Shown here: piece by piece, positions 54,301-64,000 of the stretch
How the letters are laid out: every line of letters starts with the position of its first letter
Numbering within the stretch: position 1 is the stretch's first letter
Origin: Haliotis rubra
Lineage: Eukaryota
DNA: 64,000 nt
NCBI RefSeq assembly: GCF_003918875.1
Contig: NW_025767192.1
Location: 248,001-312,000 of the forward strand
Direction: 5' to 3'
Made by a program: the position numbers and the translations under genes
Notes under the pieces: generated by a model
Database searches by the model: none
Seen by the model: the letters and a program-made list of their open reading frames with translations, nothing else
Told to the model about the DNA's origin: nothing

Positions 54301-56511
54301 TTGTAGGAAAATTTCATCTCAAAAATACAACGTCTTTGAATTAATTGAAAAGGTTGTCCTAACAATTGTCAAACTGAAATTGAAAACATCCATCTGAAAA
54401 AGAAACTATTCAGAACGAGGCTGCTAAAAGGGAAATTGAAATGGTTCTCTCTGATTGGAATTCTTGCAGAAATCTTCCTTTGAATCTTTGATTTACGAGA
54501 AATATGGGTTGCATGGAGTGGAATGAAGACCAGTTCTAGATACCTAATGCGACCAAAGCTATATCGTCTATTTCATAGGATGGCTTTGTTTTCTTTTAAC
54601 ATTACTCTTATTTACAGCAAATACATTAAGGTGCCTCGCTTTAAAGGAAACGCTCAACCGATTTACTTGTGTCAGACTTTTGATTTTCAAAAACTGTTTT
54701 TGAAACAACAACAAAGAGAGTAAACGTTTTGACAAGACGTACACCTATATCGTCACGGATGGCCACATAAAAGAAAAAGACAACAAAGAGAGTAAACAAG
54801 ACGTCACACATGTGAGATGCACACTGCATGCCAACCCTGGATTTAATTTCAAATTACATGAACGGTCCCAGCGTGAGTTTGAAATAATACTTCCCGTGTG
54901 CTTCGGGAAAGTTCTGATGCGTTCATGGATGCTCGTACGATTTGCTGAGAGATATTAAACACTTCAGTACCCAACGGGTAGCTTGGATCCCAATGGATCG
55001 GAAATATACGAACTGTTACGAACTTTCTCATGTATTTCAGTGATCGTAAGTTAGATCTTTGCAAATATTTATTGAATAAGTAGGTTGAACAGTAGTTCAA
55101 CGGTGGTGCAACCTAGAAAGGTGGTACAAACCTGAATGGGAGCTTGATGTGGGTAGTTCTTAAAACCCGAGGACCTCAAGCATCATCGGACACAGATCCT
55201 TTTCAAATCTCAAGAATACTTGCCACTTATCTCTGTGTAACCCACAAAAAAGGGTACGGTTGTTAATAAGGCTAATTATGGTTTGGGATCTATGGATGAC
55301 GTATTCTGCAACAGTGAAAGGGGGCAAGTATGAACAGCGAACTGTCTTTCCTATATAACCATCCCGAAAAGTTGTGTTGATTGATGATTCAGAAGGTAAG
55401 ATGCAGCATTTGTGATATCGATTGACATATGATAAAAGACGCCCGTGATGTGTGATGTGACGTTCAGCCTAATTGTACATTAACCGATCTCGGGATCCTT
55501 CATGCCATATAACCTTCAATATGTTTTTGGGAGATCCCAGGTGACATTTACTGTCTCGCAAATCCCATTATCCTACAGACATGATCCTGCGGGCGACTCT
55601 AGACTTTAACAGAGTATAATAACAATCCGCGGTAGTGTCATCATATTGATCAGATTGATTCCAACAGCAGTTTCAAATAACAGAACAAGCACAATAAACT
55701 TACAGTCCTGTAAGAATCATAATACAGTATACTTGTACGTCTGTGATATTATCAGTAAATGCTTTCTGTAAATATTGTAGTGGAAAATTTAATTCGTGGC
55801 GACATAATAAGTCACACTTAAATGTAATCCGTCATTGATATAAAAAGCAACGTGGACGAACTTGCCAATCATCTTGGTCACCTCAATCAATTAGTCGCCT
55901 CTTGGACAAGCATAGATTGATAAGGAGATGTGGGTCTGTCTGCCTGTGAATGTTGCTGAGACAGATGTCAGGTATCTTTTTTTCCTCAAAAACACTTGTA
56001 AAGTATTTAAGTTAGAATTTGACTGGACATTGGTCTCCTGCAAAAACACGTTTGGTATGTTTTCAAGTAAAGACGAAAAACATGTGCAGTCTCTTACAAA
56101 ACTCTCCTTTTAGTGCAAGCACGAAACAAAACTAAACTATTGTCGAAATAACTCTATTAACATGGCAAAAAGAAGTAATAGATAGGGGATCGATCAATTC
56201 ATACACATGTGCGCTATTGGGGTTTACCAAAAAGGAATATTCATTTGGTTCCTTCGTTGAAAAATAACACCGTACATCTTAATTGACTGAGTGAATGAAT
56301 TGGGTTTAAAAACCTTTGAACAGTATTCCACTTACAACGAAGCGTGATGCAGGCCACAGATGTACATCTTTGCTGTGAAACTATTGTTTGTTTGTTGTTT
56401 AATGTCATACTCAGCAATATATCAGATATATGGCGGTGGTCTGTAAATAATCGAATGTAGACCAGACAGTCCAGTGATCAACAATTTGAGCATCGATCTA
56501 CACAATTGGAA

Positions 56512-58320
56512 TAATAATAATAATAATAGCATATTTGTAACGCGCATTTGTATCCATGCTTATGCATGATCAAAGCGCACAAATAAAAATGCAAGTAAGG
56601 CAAAGAGCTACAGTTCAAAGGCTATCTTGAACATGTGTGTTTCTAGATTGGATTTAAAAGTATGAAAGTCAGAACAGTCTCTGATACTCTGTGGGAGACT
56701 GTTCCAGGCCATTGATCCTACGTGGACAAAGGACCTGTTTCCATACTGCACTGTCTTTACTTTGGGTACAACAAGCACGTTCTTATCCTGTGAGCGAAGA
56801 GATCGGGAAGGCTTCTACACAGTTAGAAGGTTGGATATATAGGAAGGCGCAGTTCCAGTGAGACAGCGGAAAACAAGGCATAAGAGTTTAAACTTGACCC
56901 GGAACTCGACTGGAAGCCAGTGGAGAGTGTACAGTATAGGAGTAATGTGTTCATATTTTCCAGAGCAAGTCATGATGTGGGCGGCGACGTTCTGCACTCT
57001 CTGTAGCTTGGCTATATGGGTCTTTGATGCACCGGCCAGTAAACAGTTACAATAATCAAGCTTACTCATTACAAGTGACAAGAGTCTTGGCAGATTCAAC
57101 TGTAAGACATTGGCGAATATGTCCAATGTTGCGTAGTGACAAGAAACAGGTTTTGACAAGATGAGATACATGAGGATCAAGTGACAAGATTGAATCTAAG
57201 AACACGCCCAAGTCTTTGACTTGATCAGCAAAGTAGATACATGAATTGTCAAATTCCAGTGAGTTGACTCCACACTTGGACCTCTGCTTGTTTGGACCAA
57301 GTAGAATGCACTCTGTCTTGTTGCTGTTGAGCTTAAGTTTGTTGTGGGTCATCCGGGATTTAACGTCATCACAGCAGTGACTCGTGTCTGTTAGTGCGCT
57401 ACATGACTGTTCTTGGTCTGCAGGAAAACACTTGTATACCTGTGCGTCATCTGCGTATTGATGATCTATGTTGTATTCAGCAATCACACTTCCAAACTTC
57501 TTAACATACAAAGTGAAGAAGACCGGCCCTAGGACCGATCCCTGTGGTACACCATGTTTGAGATAGACTGGAGCAGAGTGATGTCCATCTATGAGCACAG
57601 TCTGACTGCGGGAGGTTAGGTAGGGCTTGAACCAACAGAGAGCGGTGCCATCAATGTGAAAATCATACCTGAGACGATGAATGAGCATGTTGTGATCAAT
57701 TGTATCAAAAGCTGAACTTAAATCGAGGAGTGTTAAGATACCAATATTGCTGTTGTCCAAACCAAGTCGTAGATCATTTATAACTTTAAGAAGAGCAGTC
57801 TTAGTGGAGTGGTGAGCACGATAGGCTGACTGAAGATGGTCATACAAGTCATGTTGCTGGAGATGTTCTGACATCCTCATATTCACTGCTCGCTCAATGA
57901 GCTTTGAAACATACGAGAGGTTGGATACAGGTATGTAATTACCAAGTACGTTGCAATCAAGGTTTGGCTTCTTCAAGAGAAGTTTTGCTAGCGCAGATTT
58001 GATAACAGCGGGGATTTCACCGTGTTCAAGACGTGTGTTGATGATTCTGGTGAGTACTGGGAGAAGAACATTAAGATCGTCTAAAAGTACACATGTAGGC
58101 AACGGGTCAAGAGCGCAAGCTGTGGGGTTTGATCTCCTGGTCAACATACGTACTTCAGCCTCACTGAAAGGTCTGAAATGTGTCATTTCGCCATTGTCAC
58201 TGGAGTCTCCAGTTTAGGGACACTCTGGAAACTCCAGGATCTTGTCTGGAGTCACTGTGGCCAAAATGTGGCATGTTACTAGTTTCCACCATTGAATCAT
58301 GGATTTTGGCTATTTTATGA
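56512..58320 (-). mobile_element. 5'-truncated L2-clade LINE inserted into a SINE B
   Basis: 374-aa RT ORF 57062-58186 (LLDLSSAFDT, GVPQGSVLGP, YADD), frameshifted C-terminus (LDYCN, LHWLPV) and (TTA)n tail. SINE halves lie at 56385-56510 and 58320-58360. Confidence 0.92.
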
Positions 58321-59349
58321 TATGTCAACCAAGCCAGCGAGCCTGATCAATAGTCGGCTGTTGCGGTGAAACCAACGAACATGGTAAAGATTCTGGCAAA
58401 CCTAAAACTTTAATCGCAGATTCAACCCGTGATTCAACCCACAATCAAACGTTTCCCGGGTGCACAAGGAACGCAACTTTGAACAGAGAGATGTTGCGCC
58501 TTCCACGACTGGCCCATGCCCCTTTAGGTCTTGAAGCAATGGTCGAAGAAATATTCCTCTCACCGCAGCCTTCTTCACAGGACGCTGTTTCGATCACCAT
58601 ACAGTTCAGATAGGCACCAGACCTGATCCGTATGTGTACTGATTAAACACAACAAATCCCGATCCCAATAGTTCATTTTCATCACGCTCAATCAGTCTGC
58701 TTATTTGCATATTCATGAGTTGAACGCTTGCTAAACGTGCCTTGTAGGTTTTTCTCTTATCTCAATCATCCTAGTCAGAGCTCCGTGATATGGGGCAGCT
58801 CCCATGGGCTTCTGGGTTATTGAACATCATTGAAACAGGAGATGGTTCACCGGCAGCTGTCACCGAGTGAAAGGACCTCCATTACAACAGGATTATTTAC
58901 CGCACCCGAAGAGGTTGCGTGCCAAGGCGTTAACTCTCTGTCATAAATATACTTAGTACCTCACCATGCCCGAAGACTGACTGCATTGAATTAATCACAG
59001 GCTTTGCAAATAGACGAAGGTGAGAAGTTGTAGGTGCAATAAAATAAACATATTTGGTACTGAGGTTAAAAAAACCCAGATATACTGAAAGATTGTGTCG
59101 AATATACCGTGACTATCAGAAGTGCTTTGAGGTGTTCTTGCTTCGACACAATCACAAAATAATGACTAAATAATGAATAAGCAGAGCCCCAAACTCAACA
59201 AGCATGAGCTAATAATAAAAGAATGCAGGAAACAAAATAGATTAACTTCAGAAAGATCATGTCCTAGACACATTGCACATTGACCGGAAACAGGAATTCG
59301 GGTGAGTCTTGGCGCATTGTACGCTGATGTACCTCATAGATTAGATGCA

Positions 59350-60930
59350 TACTGCCGGAAATGCTTTGAAAATGCTTTTTGGCTTCAATATCAATATGAT
59401 GAATTTGACACAAGATAAAAGCACATATATGATACATGTACGACTCTACCTAGTTGGATATTAAAGCTCAGTTGAAAAAATGCACCTGAGGGGTGACTTC
59501 ACAGGAGGAAAGGTTGACGTTTTAACAACATTTGTAAATATTCTAAGTACAAACTGTAGTTTTGAAATCAAAACCAGGTAGGAAACACAAACTGGATAGC
59601 TTTGATAAGGGTGTCAAACGCCGTGTAGTTTATAAACTGTATGAACGCAAAATCCCACTGACGTGTGCTAAAATACAAGATGAGATCAAAGATACAATAC
59701 ATGATTCGAAAACAACACTTTTTGTAGCTCTGGTAGAAATGGGGTTCAGGTACACCAAAAGGGGAGATGACAGAGATGTTTTTAGAGAAAAGTACTCAAT
59801 CCTGTCCATGCGATCAGCTTATCTCAGAACAGTTGAAGAATACTGCAATTTGGGGTTTCAAATTAAAATCACTCAACCGATCGGAAAAGGCTTCCTTCAG
59901 ATTGTTTTAAGGCACGAGTGTTACCATCAGGCAAAGATAGACGCCTGATCATCTTGCATACTGGTACCCGTAGCAAGGGACTGATTGGGGGTTGTGACTT
60001 TGTTTTTAAGGCCAAGAAATCTGATGGTGACTACCATAGCGAAATGAATGGGCAGGTATTTTTGGATTGGTTCGAACATCAACTTTTACCGCAGCTGGAC
60101 GAACTAAGCGTTATTATTTTGGATAACACCAGTTACCATAACCTGCCTGTCCCTGGTACCATCACACCCACTATGAGCAATCTCAAGGCTCATTTGCAGG
60201 ATTTTCTCACTTCCTGTAACGTGCCTTACAGGCAATCAGAAACAAAGCCCCAGCTCATGGAACAAATCCGGCAGTACAAAAAGCCAATCAAGTACATCAT
60301 TGACGAACTAGCTGCAAAACAAGGTCACATAGTTCTGCGTACACCAGTACGGCACTGTGAGTTACAAACCCATCGAGCCGATCTTGGGTAACTGTAAGAA
60401 TTTTATTGCTCGCAATAATACCACATTCAAGCTTTCAGACGTTAAAGAGCTTGTGTATGTTTCTTTTGCGAGAATTACCCCAGAAGTGTGGCAAAAGGCT
60501 GAAGACCGTGTTCTCAAAATCGAGGACGACTACCGAATGCGGGACGGCGTTAACGTCAGCCGAGTTGCACCTGTTGTAATTCCGCTAGAATCCTTGACCA
60601 GAAGTGATACTGACACTTAATATTTTGAGACGGTCCCTGACATGTACTGCCCATGCGTTACATGAACGCTGTCACCCTGTCTGCCTGCCAGGTGGGTCAC
60701 AGTATCGTTTGTTTCTTAGAAGTGTTTCTACCATGGAGTTTTTCGATATTTTACGAGTAATCATTATGATTAGGGAATGGTACATCGTGATTACTCATAT
60801 GCCATATTAGGTCGAGGTGGTATGAATGATTATATATGAATTTTGAATCTCGAATATCAACCATTATCAAATAATTGCCAAAAAGCATTTTCCAAGCATT
60901 TCTGGCCCTACTTTACTCTGCAGAATTGCA
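59350..60930 (+). mobile_element. IS630-Tc1-mariner transposon, Sailor-like (DD~83E), decayed
   Basis: ~30-bp inverted repeats at 59354-59383 and 60877-60906. ORFs 59562-60620 carry RLIILH, DYHSEMN, VIILDNTSYH and HCELxPIE. Absent from copy 1 at ~40665. Confidence 0.85.
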
Positions 60931-63900
60931 ATGGCAAACTGAACGACTATCAGTAAAACTTTCGCTGACTTTATGTATAAAATACATTTACCTAATGCAG
61001 AGAGATATAGAATGTGTACAGAGAACGACTGTAGTTTAAGGAACGATTTAGAAATAGTCTTCTGGAGGGAGACAATGACTGATTTCACCCCATCTTTTTG
61101 AAGAAAGAAAATTAATGATTTATTTACTTGTTCTTACAAAGTAGCATTTGTTTTAAAAATGAACAGAAACATACTGTGTTCAACAAGACACCCAGGGATA
61201 CCAAATGGCTTATCCATAACATGGTGCAATAAACACAGTGACATAGCATTGTAACGAAAACGCCAGAGAAAGATCAGTTTCTTTGTGCAAATTTAGTTTC
61301 ACTGGGCGTAAAAACGGTATCGTATTTATCATTACCGTCGAAACATTACTAGAAAATAAAGAAAATGAGTTACAGCATTTGTATGTATCTTATGACCTCC
61401 ATCGAAAACGTGAACAAGATCAATTGTGACATCACAGGTAAATGACATCACATGAATCCGTAATACAAGCATAACATTTTACGGCAACTGTCCACCAGAT
61501 TGCTATACTCTTTCACGAGATATAACAAATGTTGTCAAATACAATAAGAGAACAATAAGATGCCTTTCTTTCCAGATAAGTCCCAGATCCATAAACTTAA
61601 TGTAGCGTAAATATGTTTTAAACTATACAGGTATGATTGTCGTGGCATTTTGGAGCCTTGGTGATTGGGAGATATAATCATCCTTCCTGCAAATATTTTT
61701 TCAGCATGGTTTCTTTGTACGAGACTTTCAAATTCTACAAATATCAAGAACGATAACAAGAGTGCATAATTACCGAACTAGATAATGTACCTTCTCAGAA
61801 GGCATATGATATGAAATTGAAACTGCTTAATCAAAGTTTATTGATTATTTGAAGAAAACTGTATTCCTTCTTAAATTACTGTGGAAAATGCTTCTCGAAA
61901 CTGGTAGTTCTTTCTGATAGGAAAGATAAATGTTGCGGCTAAATGATGGAATCGATAGTAACTCTATTTCCTTTCATTTATAAACACCTCTTGTACGGAA
62001 AAATACATCATCAGCGTGTCTATGAAATAGTCGTCGTTCTATGCCATGGGCCACAGGTGCAAATACATCGGTCCCATTAGGAAGCTCTCTAATATGAGTC
62101 TCATATATATTCATACAGCTCTCATGTTACACGTGACCAAACTCTCGTTCCGAGTAGATCTAGTATTTGAGTTGATGCACGTGTTATCTTCTTGGGCAAG
62201 GATCGATGGTGATAAAGACGTCGTTCTCTCCTTAGGAGGAATTCTTGAAAAGTCAAGTAGAATACTCTATAGCTGGCCCAGAAAGACCTTCCTATTTGGG
62301 ATGTGATTCTGTGTCTAGTGAATGGTAATGTGGCCCGCTTGTTGCACCGTCATTTGATAAAATCACTCTCCGACGACTGTAATGGGATATCTAAACTTTG
62401 CGATTTTAAATTGATATTTTTAACTTCTATACCTACGACTACGATCATAAGTTTTCGACTGTACATCATTTTACTACATCTATTGTGGGAAAACCATATT
62501 TTTATAATAGGTTGTAAAACTAAAATTTGAATATCATAATACAAATTAACATTTTCAAACCGTAAGACCTTTAGGTAGCATTGCCACGCAAGGTTCAGAA
62601 TTCATTGACCATTTCCGATCTTCAAACAAATAGAAATGAATTCAATTCCAAAGTTAGGACTATCACACATCAGATTATTATATATATTTGATGGGTTACA
62701 TTTGATTGGTGACCAATTTGACGCACATATGAAACCTCTCCCACTTGTTTGGTCTGCGGATGCGTCTAAAACACGTGAACCCCATAAAACGTATTCTTAA
62801 CCCGCATTCTTAAATGTCACTAACTCTTTGAGGAACGCATTCATATCTTTCTGGAGTATTTTTACATAACTACGGTATCATATACACGTAATTCGCCTGA
62901 GACACAATAACCCTGTTCTGACACTCGATGCGTGCACAAATGGTAATTACAATGTATATATTCATGGCCTATATTTAATGTCATGACTCAGGTTCGAATG
63001 TTCAGGAACGTGCTGTCAGCTTCATCTGTAGTAACAGTTTGTTTTCAGAGAAATGATATATTAGTATTTTTTGTCAGAATGATAAAATGCATTGCCGCAT
63101 TTGCTGAATGATCTATTTGTACGACTTAACGGCAAAAACATGTGTGCTTATCCGTTGAAAGACTTATGTTGCTTCGCGCACTGAAATCAGCACAGTTATT
63201 TACATGTCTCTGATGTTTACGTAGAAATGTTGTAACACTGGTAATACGATATTTAAATATGGAATCTTTGAAAAACAAGTGTAAAAACAAATACGCCAAT
63301 TGCGTGCATTTTGTGTAAAGATCAAGGAAAATGTTAAAACATTTTTTAACCTACACAACTCGATAAAATTGTTTCATTTCTTCTCGTTGTATGTTTTTCG
63401 CAATGGTATGTGATATTTTAAGGTGTATTCAATCATTGCGCTTCTCAAATAGGAAGCGAGTTCATCTGGCCTTCTCACAGAGGATAGTTAATCACAGGCA
63501 GGTGGACGGCAGACTAATAACTCGGTCAAAGTTGATGATAAGACATATACACCGGCTTTTTCCGAGGAAACAGATTTAATGTCGGGTTACCTTTCAAACC
63601 AATATCCATCCATTTCAAATGTGTTACTTTTGGTTTAGAGGTCAGACGTTGTAGCAATTTGGCGAGATTGATTATCGTGGCTGTTGAAAAAGTAAAGACT
63701 TCATCTTAGACCCTAGACGTTAAACGGAAAGCAAGAATTATGACATCTTGTAAACGTTGCTTGCGTTTTATGGTGTTCATGACGTAGTAAACGAACCTGA
63801 GTGTGTTCAACAGAATAAGTTGTTGAGCATGTGTTTTGGAGAGACTTCGACATAGGATAGTCTCGACCAACCACTTCCTACAAACACGTTATCAATTTAC

Positions 63901-64000
63901 TTGTAAACTATTTCATTACCTCATGGTTTTCTATGGCAATGCATCAAGCCCTACATATGAGCAACATTTAATAGTCAATTTCCATCTGATTGTTTGCTTC

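Larger units (their letters stand above)
52450..63890. repeat. Family II segmental duplication, copy 2
   Basis: Colinear with 28800-43600; lacks the 30925-35825 segment. Confidence 0.95.

Noticed and set aside
62070-62125. IYETHIRE resembling the GH13 motif IYELHIRD
   Set aside because: The surrounding sequence shows no other GH13 features.
1-64000. CRISPR array or prokaryotic operon
   Set aside because: This is eukaryotic repeat-rich DNA with no regularly spaced short repeats and no gene-dense ORFs.

Overview
AT-rich animal genomic DNA. The SINE and LINE families suggest a mollusc, probably abalone-like (inference). I found no intact host protein-coding gene, tRNA/rRNA gene or CRISPR array. 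All recognisable ORFs are decayed transposable elements: Tc1/mariner copies, a DD~83E Sailor-like transposase, a hAT element with a 5-bp TSD nested in a probable solo LTR, and L2, Rex1/Babar, CR1-like, Nimb/I-like and Penelope-like fragments. About 25 SINEs from five families are present, one with a 5S-derived head. With the TEs removed, most of the backbone is two old duplication families. Family I is about four same-orientation, partly incomplete copies of a 4-5 kb unit at ~0.8-21.2 kb, roughly 65-75% identical, with traces of a minus-strand reading frame. Family II is two copies of an ~8 kb unit (28.8-43.6 kb and 52.45-63.9 kb) with near-invariant, apparently non-coding islands (~96%) inside much more diverged flanks. 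The main hypothesis is a duplication-expanded non-coding locus: a piRNA-cluster/lncRNA-type region or a duplicated enhancer landscape, possibly built from fossil coding or viral sequence. Identities are by-eye estimates, and boundaries without a TSD or TIR are approximate.
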